Source of the DNA: Mobula hypostoma
Lineage: Eukaryota
Length of the DNA stretch: 64,000 nt
Direction: 5' to 3'
Assembly (NCBI RefSeq): GCF_963921235.1
Contig: NC_086097.1
Coordinates: forward strand, 46,750,001-46,814,000
The translations under genes were made by a program, and so were the position numbers. The notes under the pieces are model-generated. The model saw nothing but the letters and a program-made list of their open reading frames with translations, had not been told where the DNA came from and ran no database searches. Positions 52,015 through 64,000 of this stretch are shown in pieces (the stretch's first letter is position 1; each line of letters starts with the position of its first letter).

Positions 52015-52325
52015 TGGGGGAAGGGAAAGATGTGCTTGGTGGTGGGATCCCGCTGGAGGTGACGGAAGTTACGGAGAATTATACATTGGACACGGAGGCT
52101 GGTGGGGTGTTAGGTGAGGACAAGAGGAACCCTATCCCGAATGGGAGGATGGGGTGAGAGCAGATGTGCGTGAAATGGGAGAGATACATTTGAGGGCAGA
52201 GTTGATGGTGGAGGAAGGGAAGCCCTTTTCTTTAAAAAAGGAAGATATCTCCTTTGCCCTGGAATGAAAAGCCTCATTCTGAGAGCAGATGCAGCAGAGA
52301 CGGAGGAATTGAGAGAAGGGGATGG
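52015..52325 (-). mobile_element. PLE internal fragment
   Basis: Reverse complement of roughly 515-830. Confidence 0.8.
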
Positions 52326-53619
52326 TACAAATGTCTTACGGTCTTATGGTATGGAGGTTCAGTGCACAGAATTGAAAGAGGCTGCAGAGGGTTGTAGAAC
52401 TCAGCCATGGGCACAACCTTCCCCACCATCAAGGATATCTCGAAGCAGTGATGCCTCAAGAAGGCAGCGTCCATTATTAAGAACCCTCACCATCCAGGAC
52501 ATGCTCACTTCTTGTTACTACCATTAGGGAAGAGGTGCAATGATTTGGGAATGTTCCTCACTCTCAGATTTCTGAATGATCCATGAACACCGCCTTATTA
52601 CTCCCTTTTTCTGAAAATGTATTTATTTTTGTGACTTCTAGATTTTTATGTCGTTGCCACATTTCACTCGTATACGTTGGTGATAGTAAATCTGATTCTG
52701 ATTTCTTAAAATACAAGAAGATATGTCTGGAAATATTCAGCAGGTCAGACTACATCTGAGGGGAGAGAGACTAGCTTACTGTTTCAGGTCAAAGATTTTC
52801 TGTCAGATCCTGAACTGCTAACTCTGTTTCTCTTCCCACAGGTTTGGTCTGACCTGTTGGGTATTGCTAGTGTTTTCTGTTTTTACTTTAGTTACATAAA
52901 TATAGTATTCTGTTAAATAAGGTTCCACACTATTCTAATAAATTATACTAGCATTGAATTACAATATTGATTTGCAAAGGAAGACAGATCCCTTCGTACA
53001 TCCACATAGACACGTTTGTTTATTTTGATTCAGCTTATTAATTAAGGCACACAGAGAGGCCATCTAATCCACGGGGTCTTTGCTGATCCAAAACAAAACA
53101 ATCCCATCAACTCTCCTTTCCTTCCCATTTCTCTTTACCCCCACATTACTTCATGTATCCTCATCAAACCATATTTAGTCACTTAGTAGGGGAATATTCT
53201 CCAATTAACCTGCCAGCACATTGGAGGCACAAGGGTCTGCAGATGTAGGAAGCTGGAGCAAGAGACGATCTGCTGGAATAACTCAGGGGTCAAGCAGCAT
53301 CCGTGGGAGGAAAGGAATTGTCATGATGTGGGATTTTGACCTGAAACATCAACAGCTGTTTTCCTCCCATAGATGCCGCTTGACCTGCTGAGGGATTGCT
53401 TGTTGTACCCCCAGCACATCTTTGGGAGGGTATCAGATCATCTGGCAGAAACTCACCTGGTGACAGTAAGCACATACAAATCCCACACAGACAGTGGCCA
53501 TTGTCTAGATCAAACCTTGGATCTGTGATGCTGCAGCAGGAAATGTTGTGTTTCTCTGCCACCTGATTATCTTTGCGAGGAAGGCATCAATCAGAAAGCA
53601 GGTTATGGCATTGCATAGG

Positions 53620-54540
53620 AATAGTACTAGGCCATTCAGCCCATCCAGTCTGTTCCATCATTTGATCACAGCTGATTTATTTTCCCTCTCAACCTCATTC
53701 TCCTGCCCTTTCTAATCAATAACCTATAAATATACCCAACGACTGGGCCTCCACAGCTATCTGGGGCAATGAATTCACAGATTCACCATCTTCTGGCTAA
53801 AGAAATTCCTTTCCACTTCTGTTCCAAAGGAACATCCTTCTCTTTTACTATTAGAAGCATCCACTGCACATTCACTCTATCTAGACCTTTCAATATTGGT
53901 AGGTTTCATTGGGAATCCCCCCTCATTCTTCTAAACTCCATTGAGTATCAGCCCAGAGCCATCAAACATGCTTCACCCATTAGCTCTTTCATTTCTGGGA
54001 TGATTTTCGTAAACCTCTTCTGGACCCTCTCCAATGCCAGTACAGCCTTTCTTAGATATGGGGCCCAAAGCTACTCACAATGTAGTCTGATAAATGCCTT
54101 ATAAAGCCTCAGTATTATATCCTTGCATTTATATTCCAGTCCTCTTGAAACGAGGACCTTTCCTACTATTGACTCAAGTTGAAAGTTAACCTTGAGGGAA
54201 TCCTGCAAAAGGACTCCCAAGCCCCTTTACACCTCTAATTTCTGAATTCAATCCCCATTTAGAAAATAGTCTACCCTTTATTCCTTTGACCAAGGTGCAT
54301 GACCATATACTTCCCTACACTATATTCCATCTGTTTCTTTGTACATTCTCTCAATTTGTCCAAGTTCTCCTGCAGACTTCCTGCTTCCTCAACACTGCAT
54401 GCCCCTCCACCAAACTTTGTATCATCTTCAGACTTAACCAGAAAGCCATCAATTCCGTCATCCAGATTATTATCATGTAACAAAAAAGAGCACTGACTCC
54501 TGTGGAACTCCACTAGTCACTAGAAACCAATCAGAAAACA
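53620..54540 (-). mobile_element. CR1 LINE fragment
   Basis: KSEDDTKFGG (KFADDTK), LQENLD, VMHLG. Confidence 0.75.
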
Positions 54541-54561
54541 CTTTTTAAAAAATTCTGTTAG

Positions 54562-55378
54562 CCATCTCTTCCCACCGATCTCCCTCCTGGCACTTATCCT
54601 TGTAAGCGGAACAAGTGCTACACATGCCCTTACACTTCCTCCCTCACCACCATTCAGGGCCCCAGACAGTCCTTCCAGGTGAGGCAACACTTCACCTGCG
54701 AGTCTGCTGGTGTGATATACTGTGACCAGTGCTCCCGGTGTGGCCTTTTATATATTGGTGAGACCCGACACTGATTGGGAGACCGTTTCATTGAACACCT
54801 AGCTTTGTCCGCCAGAGGAAGCAGGCAATACATTTTAATTCCATGTCCCATTCCGATATGTCAATCCATGGGCTCCTCTACTGTCGAGATGAAGCCACAC
54901 TCAGGTTGGAGGAACAACACCTTATATTCCGTCTGGGTAGCCTCCAACCTGATGGCATGAACATTGATTTCTCTAACTTCCATTAATGCTCCTCCTCCCC
55001 TTCTTACCACATCGCTCCTATTTATTTCTTCTTCTCTCTTTCCTTCTCACAATAACTCCTTGCCTGTTCTCCACCTTCCTCTGATGCTCCCCTCCCCCTT
55101 TCTTTCTTCCAAGGCCTTCCGTCCCATGATCCTCTCCCTTCTCCAGCTCTGTATCACTTTTGCTAATCAACTTTCCAGCTCTTAGCTTCATCCCTCCCCT
55201 CCTGTCTTCTCTTATCATTTCAGGTTTCCCCCTCCCCCTCCCACTTCCAATCTCTAACTATCTCTTTTCTCAGTCAGTCCTGACGAAGGGTCTTGACCCG
55301 AAACGTTGACTGTACTTCTTCCTGTGGATGCTGCCTGGCCTGCTGCGTTCCACCAGCATTTTGTGTGTGTTGCTTTGA
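54562..55378 (+). mobile_element. PLE 3' end (GIY-YIG plus terminal repeat)
   Basis: CKRNKCYTCP, VIYC..CSRCGLLYIGET; terminal repeat follows. Confidence 0.88.
55275..55312 (+). ncRNA. Minimal type I hammerhead ribozyme motif, best-preserved copy
   Basis: CAGTC-CTGACGA-A-GGGTC TT GACCC-GAAA-C-GTT-GACTG; 5-bp helix I, Watson-Crick helix II. Confidence 0.82.
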
Positions 55379-58140
55379 TCCTGGATTTCCTTATTTGCAG
55401 ACCCCAATTAGTTTGGATTGGCAACAACATCTCCTCTACGGTCTCCATCAGCAGAGGTGCACCATAGGTGTGTGTGCTTAGATCCCTGCTCTATTCGCTT
55501 TACACCTATGATTGTTTGGCTAAGCACAGCACCAATGCCATATTCAGGTTTGCTGATGATACCACTATTGTGGGCTGAATCAGGGTGGTGATGAATCAGC
55601 ATATAGGAGGGTGTCATAATGGGGGAGTGCTGGGAGCGGACCCAAATGCAAGACACAGACACAGAAGTACTAGGAACAGGACTTGACTAGAGAGCTGGGA
55701 CAAGAACACAGACTTGGGCTAGGACATTGGTTAGGCAAGCGGGACCAGGACTAGGAACTGGGAACTAGGAGCCCGGGCTTGGACTCCGAGCCGGATACTG
55801 GACAAGGACCCAGAACCTGGGTCTTGACTCGGGCTCGGGCCCCAAAACTAGGCGAGGACATGACGGGGCTACAGGACTGGGCATGGCTTGGGTTCCTCGA
55901 GGCGAGGACATGACGAGGCTTGGGTTCCTCGAGGCAAGGACATGAACACAGAGCCTTGGTCTTGAGCACAGGAACATGGAGCCTTGGACTTGAGAGACAG
56001 GAACATGGAACACAGAGCTGGGACCCCTCCTTGGGAACAGAACGTAGGGCCCGGACTCATACACAGAATGCTGAACATGATGAGACGGTTCCCAACACTA
56101 GGTATCGGCAAATGGCCGGACTTACCTAGCGAAGGCGTGGACACAGAGACAGTTCCCAACACTAGGTAGCGGCAAATGGCCCGGCCTACCTAGCAAAGGT
56201 GTGGACACAGAGACAGTTCCAACTCAACGATAGACAGTTCCTTATCTTGACACAGCAAGGCTCCGGTCTCACTCCGGTGGTTGAACTTGATAAGGTTGCA
56301 GCCTAGGCTCCAGACACAGGTTGCAGGCAAGGCTTCAGAAGGAAGGGGAAGGGAAGGGAACAGTCCAGGCTCAGGGTAACAGCAAAAACGGCCTAGCTTA
56401 CCCAAAGGAGACAAGGACAGGAAGGGACAGATCCAACTGCAGGTAACAGCAAAGGCAGCCTGACTTATAGCACAGAGGCAAGGACGGGATACTGACAAGC
56501 TGCTACCTAGTGTTGGGAACTGTCTCTGTGTCCACGCCTTCACTAGGTAAGTCCGGCCATTTGCCATTACCTAGTGTTGGGAACTGTCTCGTCGTGTTCA
56601 GCATTCTGTGTATGAGTTCTGGCCCTACATCCTGTTCCCAAGGAGGGGTCCCGGCTCTGTGTTCCATGTTCCTGTCTCTCAAGTCCAAGGCTCCGTGTTC
56701 CCATGCTCGAGACCAAGGGTCTGTCTTCATGTCCTCTCCTCAAGGAACCCAAGCCTCCTGATGTCCTCGCCTCAAGGAACCCAAGCCTCGTCATGTCCTC
56801 GCCTCAAGGAACCCAAGCCATGAAGAACCCTAGCCTTGAGGAACTCAAGCCATGTCCAGTCCTGTAGCCACATCATGTCCTTGCCTGGTTCTGGGTCCTT
56901 GTCCAGTCTCTGGCTCGGAGTCCAAGCCCAGGCTCCTAGTTCCCAGTTCCTAGTCCTGGTCCTGCTTGCCTAGCCGATGTCCTAGCCCAAGTCTGTGTTC
57001 TTGTCCCAGCTCCTAGTCTGCATCCAGTCACGTCCCTAACCCTAGTCAAGTCCTGTTCCTAATACTTCAGTATCTGTGTCTTGCATTTGGGTCCGCTCCC
57101 AGCACTCCCTCATTATGACAGAACAGTCCAGTCCAAGATCAGAATCATGTGCCTCAATTAAGGCACACAACAGGACAAGGGAAAACCAGAAAACCGGAGA
57201 ACCTGGAATAAGGAACGATGGACCGGACCGTGAACCGGAATCCGGCCTTCACGGACCGGACCATGACAGCGGGAGATTAAAAATTTGGCTGAGTGGTGCC
57301 GTAATAACAACCTCTCATTCAATGTCAGCAAGGCCAAGGAACTGATTACAGACTTCAGGCGAGGGAATCCAGAGGACCATGGGCCAGTCCTCATTGGAGG
57401 ATCAGAGGTAGAGAAAGTGAGCAACTTTAAATTCCTGGCTGTTACTATTTCAGAGGATTTGTCCAGGACCCACTATTGTGTTAGCACAACACCACCTCTG
57501 CTTCCTCAGGAGTCTTAAGAGATTCACAGAGAAACTTTGACAAACTTCTATAGATGTGCAGTGGAGAGTGTATTGATTGGCTGCATCACATTCTGGTATG
57601 GAAATACCAATGCCTTTGAATGGAAAATTCTACAAAAGGAGGTGGATTTGGCCCAGTCCATCATGGGTAAAAGCCTCCCAATCACTGAGCACATCTACAT
57701 GTAACACTGTCGTAGGAAAGCAGCATCCATCATCAGAGATCCCCACCACCCAGGTCATGCTCTCTTATCACTGTTGCCATTAGGTAGAAGGTACAGGTGC
57801 CTCAGAACTCGCACCACCAGGTTCAAGAACAGTTACTACCACTTAACCATCAGGTGCTTGAATAAAAGGGAATGCCTGCAGTCAGTTTCCCATCATTGAA
57901 AAGTCCCCACAACCAATGACCTCACTTTAAGGCCATATTCTCATGTTCTCGTTATTTGTTGCTATTTATTTATATTTTCATTTGCACAGTTTGTTGTCTT
58001 CTGTACTCTGGTTGATCTTTCATTGATCCTGTTATAGATACCATGCTATAGATTTGCTGAGTATGCCCACAGGAAAATGAATCTCAGGGTCATATATAGT
58101 GATATTTATGTACTTTGATAATAAATTTTACTTTGAACTT
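55379..58140 (+). mobile_element. Rex1/Babar LINE interrupted by LTR composite 55612-57268
   Basis: RFADDTTIVG before the insert; WCRNNNLSFNVSKAKELITDFR after; actttgaactt tail. Confidence 0.8.
55612..57268. mobile_element. LTR composite: solo LTR containing an inverted partial copy of the same family (~56503-57120)
   Basis: TGTCA...TGACA ends, imperfect TSD GAGGG/GCGGG, second TGACA at 57116-57120. Confidence 0.82.
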
Positions 58141-58449
58141 AGAACATTAAAATTGAGTAAAATCATATATTGTGCATAGGGAAAATTAAAGATAATTATA
58201 TTAGATGTAATTTTTGCATGCATATTTGTTTTTAGTGTGTATGTTTTTATCGGTTAGTTTACCTACATAATTTTAATCCTTTAATTATATTATTAATGGA
58301 ATAAATTTAAGTTAGACTTTGCTTCATTTACAAAAAGTGCTGTAACATCTGTATGCATGGAAATAAATGCAAACAAAATTGTTGCAATAAAAATACATTC
58401 AATGTCAATTATGTTAGCTGGCTTTTAAATACAGCTTATTCTTTTCCAG

Positions 58450-58650
58450 TGGGAAACAAGGTAGCCTGTATGCAGACGGCTGACAGTTCAGGAATAGGTT
58501 CTAAACCTAAAGTGAAGAAACACAATAGGCTAAGGGCCATTTTCTCACTATTTTCGCATAAGAAGGAAAAAACACTTAATTCAACAGAGGACATTGTGGA
58601 TATTGTAGATATCAATGGCAAAACTTGGGATTCTGCTGAAGTATTATCAG
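58450..58650 (+). CDS. TNFAIP2: TNFAIP2 exon with N-terminal polybasic segment
   Basis: Acceptor cttttccAG, donor GTAAGT, phase 1/1; KPKVKKHNRLRAIFSLFSHKKEK resembles the M-Sec Lys-rich N-terminus. Confidence 0.75.
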
Positions 58651-60319
58651 GTAAGTTTTTCATAGTTAACATAGAAAGAAAGTCCTAATGGTGTTTGTTA
58701 AATTACAAATTTTCAGGTATTAAGTTAATGATTGTTCAGGTTAGGAAGGTGAGGGTATTATCTGGAGGGCATTATCAATACAGGCAGAATTTGGAAACCT
58801 TCTTAAATATTTATATTGATCTTCAAACGTTGTTGGAACATTTTACACTGTTTAAATGAAATATCCCTGAACATTTTATATAGGGTCATCTGACAATCTC
58901 TTTGCCTTATGGCAGGTGTATCTGTCGGTAAATGAAATTGTAATTGAATTGCAACTGAAAGTCAAGAGATGACTAAGATACAGATGAGGAATATATATAT
59001 ATGATCTAAAATTCAATTTGGTCAAATACAATACTGAAGTTATAGAAACATAGAAAATCTACAGCATAATACAGGCCCTCCGGCCCACAATGCTATGCCA
59101 AACATATACTTACTTTAGAAACAGTTTAGTTCAGTTCCCCAGAGTCCATGCAAGGAGATCAAATTTGATGGTTAAGAAACCTTTCCATGCAATATCAAAA
59201 AAGAAAGAAATGTGCAGAGGAAAACCATGGTAATACAGTTCTAACCAATCTTGTGAATGCTTCTGAATGCATTAATGGCATTTGTGAACAAAATGTGGAT
59301 TTCTTGATGTGAGAATCCTATGCTTATTAGCATTGATTTTCTGATATCCAGCTCATCCAAATGTCACATCACCACAAGGCTTAAAGTTTATTTCTGGTAA
59401 TTTTTTTCAATCATATCATTACTGCCATTGTTCACGCAAAGAAAAATCAGTTTTTAGTAATGCTGAAGATCACATGCACCTCTCCCACACATACCTTGGG
59501 TATTACCCAATTTTCTGCCAAAACCTTTCAGTAGACAGAACCAGTCATCATATCCTCAAAGTTTTTGTATCTGGATTCTCCTAAAAGTGAAATGGTCAGA
59601 GTTGCCACTTCCTCAAAATATGAAGCGGTTTCATGTTCAGAAATGACTAAAAACTTGGTGAAAGTTATCAGACATAAAACGTGCTACTGATAAATGGAAG
59701 ATCTCTATGCATGTATGACAGTTTCTTTCAGCACCTTGCAAATCAATAAAGTGTTTCATTCGGCTGTGAATGCAAAGGTCCTCACCAAAAATGAACATTT
59801 TCCCTCTATGCCAGTGGATGTCACAACTCAGCAGAAGCAGCTTGCAAAAGGTTTCTGAGACCGAGGGTGACCTGCCTTTGTCTTTGAGAGCAGCACAGGC
59901 ATTTGTGTTAGCTACACGTTTGAAATAACAACCAAGCACACGTGCCAGTATGTCTCTCATATTCAGAGCTACCTTCATTCTGACAGCTTTCACTTGCTGT
60001 ATATTGTTGACTGCAGAAGTCACAAAAAGAACTACCAGCTGAGTGGTATACCTTCAGTTTTTAGAATTATCTTTAAGAGGCATTCCACTGCAAAAGTTCA
60101 GATATTTATAAAGATCATTCACACCCTTACAGAAACGTCCCCAGAAACATCCTTCTATGTATGCTCTTTGCACAGGCAGGCTAATTTCTGCAGCCTCTTT
60201 TCAAAGTTCTGTGCACATTCCTCCATTCCACTGGAAGGTTTTTACCTGTAGACCCTTTCCTTCCAACCCCCTTCCCACACACTCCACTCATTGCAACACG
60301 CACTCATTAATAGCTACAA

Positions 60320-61180
60320 GAATGCTGGCATTGTTGTGGGAAATCAGCTGCGGCTTTTTAAAGCATTGGACAGACCCCTCTTGTATTGTGAACAGTTTTG
60401 GGCCCCTTATCAAAGGAGGGATGTGTTGGCATTGGAGGGGGCCCAGAGGAGGTTCATGAAAATGATCCCAGGAATGAAATGGTTAATGTGTGAGGAGCAC
60501 TTGATGGCTCTGGGCCTGTACTTGCTGGAGTTTAGAAGAATGAGGGGGGATCTTATTGAAACTTTGTGGTAACCCATGTATATAGATTGTAACTGGGTTA
60601 CCTGTCTGGACATGCCTGGACACGTTCCTCTGCTGACTGCTCCTGCGGCTCCTCCACAAAACCCTGAATAAAGGCGATTGTGTCACTGCTCCTCCCACGG
60701 TCCAGGACAGACATACAGCATGGACGTGGGTCCATTTTACTGTTACTAAAAGCCTTTCAGTATTTACTCTACTTCCAGTCTTTTGGAGTAATTGATAGTG
60801 CATCAAACCTATCGAATATTCAAAGACCTAGATAGAGTGGATTTAGAGAGGATGTTTCTGAAAGTGGGGGATTCTAGGACCAGAGGGCACAGCCCCAGAA
60901 TAGAAGGATATCCCTTTGGAACAGAGATGAGGAGGAAATTCTTTAGTCAGAGGGAGGTGAACCTGCGGAATTCATTGCCACAGATTGCTGCGGAGGCAAA
61001 GTCATCGGGTATATTGAAAGCGGAGGTTGATAGGTGCTTGATTAGTAAGGGCGTCAAAGGTTATGGCAAGAAGGTGGAAGAATGGGGTTTAGAGGAATAA
61101 TAAATCAGCCATGATGGAATGGCCGAGCACACTTGAGGGGCCAAATGGCCCCAGTCTAATCCTATGTCTTATGGTATGAT
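60320..61180 (+). mobile_element. CR1 3' fragment split by a solo LTR
   Basis: YCEQFWAPY..DVLALE..QRRF..RGDLIET | YRIFK..TRGHS. Confidence 0.8.
60565..60805 (+). mobile_element. Short solo LTR
   Basis: TGTGGT...CATCA, imperfect TSD AACTT/AACCT; removal restores the CR1 frame. Confidence 0.78.
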
Positions 61181-62185
61181 GGAAATTCAGTACCAATGCC
61201 CACCATTCCTGAAGCAGATTGACTTTAAAAAAGGGAATCTGCTCATGCGAAATTGGAACTGTGTTTCATCACCATTTTTGAGTGAGCCTTTTGAAACAGC
61301 ATCAGTGAGACTAATACCACCATTTTAGCTTTTGGAGGCTGATGACTTCAGGCTTCCCAGTATTTAATTTAGGAACATTAGATGCTATGCTGGAGGAAGG
61401 ATGGAGGAGTGGGGTGGGAAAGAAGTTGTTACAGGTGAAAGTCTCACTAAGATTGTACGGATAAGAACAAAATACAGTTCTGCAGTGGAGGAGGATGATG
61501 TAGAAACATTGGAGGGGTTGTTTTCATTAGCTATGTAATGAGCACTTAGGATGCTATTTATGGCAATGATCAGAGCCACTTTGGTATTGTGTTACAAATG
61601 GGCACAAACTTGGGAGTGTACAACATATACAAGGTCTTTTGACAGGAGGCTATAAACGGATTGGAGATATTCCACTTGTAACAGTATTACATTATACTTT
61701 CATTGACTTAGTAAGAAATAAAGATATATTTTCTAAACTGCCTGTAATTAAGAATATTATTTCTAATAATTGGTTCTGAGTGTGTTCTCAATTAAAGAAG
61801 AAACACTTCATGCTTTGCTAATTACCAATTATGATGAACGATTTGATGGCAAATGGTTTACTTTTAAATATGAAGACCAATATATATGCTAACAATATTT
61901 ACTGAAAGCAACAAAAAAATCTGCAAATGCTGGAAATCAGAACTAGAAACAGGTATTTATCCCAATGTGCAGGTCAGGCAACATCTGTGGCACATAGTTA
62001 ACATTTTACATTCTGTTGACACTTTTTCCTTTTTACCAGTGCTGCCTCACCTGCTGATTGATTCCGGCATTTTCTGTTGATTGAAAGCAAATCTCAAATT
62101 TTTTTGAAAACTTCGACCAATTGTAATTGACTAGAAGTTTTTGTGTATTTTAATGGAATTATAACAGTAATTTCCTTTTGCCTAG

Positions 62186-62831
62186 AAATGGACATCAAAG
62201 AACTTATTGAAAAAAGGCAGTATTTTAAGGCCGACTGCCACCTCATCAAATTGGAACATAAACAATATACTAATGATACAACAGAGGCTGATGAAGAACT
62301 CGTCAAAGAGCAAAAGAAAGGAATAGAATCACTGTATGAGCTGCTTAGTGCTGAAATTTTCACAGTGGCAAAAAACTCAATGAGCATTTCCAAGGAAAAC
62401 CCAGATCTGTTGAAGATGGCAGTAAGAGTGATCATGCAAGAAGAAAAAGCGGATCAAATATATCTAGAGGAAAAGGAGAAATCTGGAGCTATTGCAGAAG
62501 TTAGGCCAAGAAGATGGGAAACTAAATGGTTGAGTATTATAGAGCAATCTGTCAATGAAAGATTAGGTGAGCTACCCAGTATTCCTGATGCTGCAGAAAC
62601 CAAATGGCTTTTTGAGCATTTAGTGCAGCATCATAAAAAACTGAAAGAGGATTTTGACACCATTGTGAACTGCATCAAACCATGTTATCCTCAAGAGTAC
62701 AACATATGCGAAAAGTATGTGGAATATTATCATAAAAAAAGTTCATCCCTCATGGAATTAATCATAGAAAGTGAACCAAAAGGAAAAAATGTTTATCCTT
62801 TTTTGCACTGGATTTACTCCTGTTATCCAAA
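62186..62831 (+). CDS. TNFAIP2: TNFAIP2 (M-Sec, Sec6 family) large coding exon
   Basis: Acceptor ccttttgcctAG, donor GTAAGT; ESLYELL, RPRRW, LKEDF..IKPCYPQEY...YH, WIYSCYP match recalled TNFAIP2 motifs; in frame with 58650. Confidence 0.88.
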
Positions 62832-62934
62832 GTAAGTTGGATACATATCCAACATATGTTTAATTTATTTACTGTATTATTGTCAAGTATTATATTCTAA
62901 GATCAAGATTTTCTTACCTGCTTACCTTATTGTA

Positions 62935-63600
62935 GATCATAGAATGACAATATGGTTCCAGCATAGAAGGAGACCACTTACATCACCATTTATAAGCCAA
63001 ATCAATGACTAGGGCAACTGACTAGTTCCATCCCCAGCTCCTTCTCTGTGGCATTTCAAATTTTCCTCACAATTGATTCAATTCCTCTTAATAGCTCCAG
63101 TGGAATCTACCTCCACCTACATCTACAGGCAGTAGGTTTCACATTCCAACCAAAGGCTGCTTTAAGAATGTTTTCCTCTTGTCACTCTTAATTTTCTGCA
63201 CCTTTATTTTGTACCTGTAATTTTTAGTCCTTAACCTCACTGCCAATAGGAACAAACTCCCACTATCCACTCTGTCTAGAACCCCGCTTCATTTTAACTC
63301 TCTCAGCCTTCTCTTCTCCAACAATCTTCCATCATTGAAACTGGTCTCTCAGCCCAAGAACCATTCTCATAAATCTCTCCTGGACTCTTTCTAATACTTC
63401 TACATCCTTCCTATAATAATGTGACTACAATTGGAATAAAGTACTCCAGCCATGTTCAGACCGACCTTTTTTTACAAATAGTTAACATGTCCTTCCTGCC
63501 TTCCATTGATGAATCCCAGACTGTCTAACTTATTAATCACTTTGTCAATATGGCTTGCCACTTTTTGTGATCTGTACATATATTTAGCCACGTTCTTCTA
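62935..63600 (-). mobile_element. Old CR1 fragment
   Basis: catagaa tail; reverse LEY...W...YRKD-like region. Confidence 0.55.
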
Positions 63601-64000
63601 CTCTTATGATTTAACAATGTCTTCTCCCCATTCTTCCCCATAACCTTAAGGGTGCATCTCCACATCTAGCTGATTCATATAAAGCAATAGTCATTGTGAA
63701 CCACCGGAATTTCACACAGAATATACTTGCAGAAAATTGGATGAATTCAATCCGATCACTACACCAGAAATTACACTCTACATTGCCCTTCTGTTCTACT
63801 ATTTCATAGTCCAAGTTAGCTTTTAGCAATGTCATTCAGAAAAGTAGTCTGCTTTCATAGATGTACTGTTAATGCCCAGCCCAAGTACACCACCAGCTCC
63901 TATGACTTTGCCCCCTCCTCCCACCTATATCCAAACTCACAGACTGTTTGACAGTCATCCATATTGAATGAACAGAAATCTCTTCTGAATAAAAGACAGG

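Noticed and set aside
56040..56860. Regular short repeats resembling a CRISPR array
   Set aside because: Internal tandem repeats of an LTR family without unique spacers; vertebrate context, no cas genes
62143..62185. N-terminal part of ORF 62143-62835
   Set aside because: Intronic polypyrimidine tract and acceptor; the exon begins at 62186

Overview
Vertebrate genomic DNA, most likely a cartilaginous fish (shark/ray; inferred from HE1-like SINEs and the repeat mix), dominated by decayed transposons. Two host genes lie in tandem on the + strand. The first is the last two coding exons of an EXOC3L4-like gene (8140-8258, 10180-10366). The second is the 5' part of TNFAIP2/M-Sec: a CpG-rich TATA/NF-kB promoter near 40.2 kb and phase-compatible coding exons at 50734-50827, 58450-58650 and 62186-62831. 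Repeats include Penelope-like elements (PLEs; RT plus GIY-YIG), L1, RTE, CR1, Rex1/Babar, SINEs, a deleted hAT transposon and several solo LTRs. An 8-kb retrovirus-like provirus (25437-33468; tRNA-Leu PBS, 5-bp TSD) lacks most of RT/RNase H and has no env. The most notable unannotated structure is RNA-level: PLE terminal repeats carry minimal type I hammerhead ribozyme motifs, and these termini recur as fold-back elements with their own 11-15 bp TSDs. The full-length RTE starts at a possible degenerate HDV-like ribozyme. All assignments were made by eye from recalled motifs; no searches were run.
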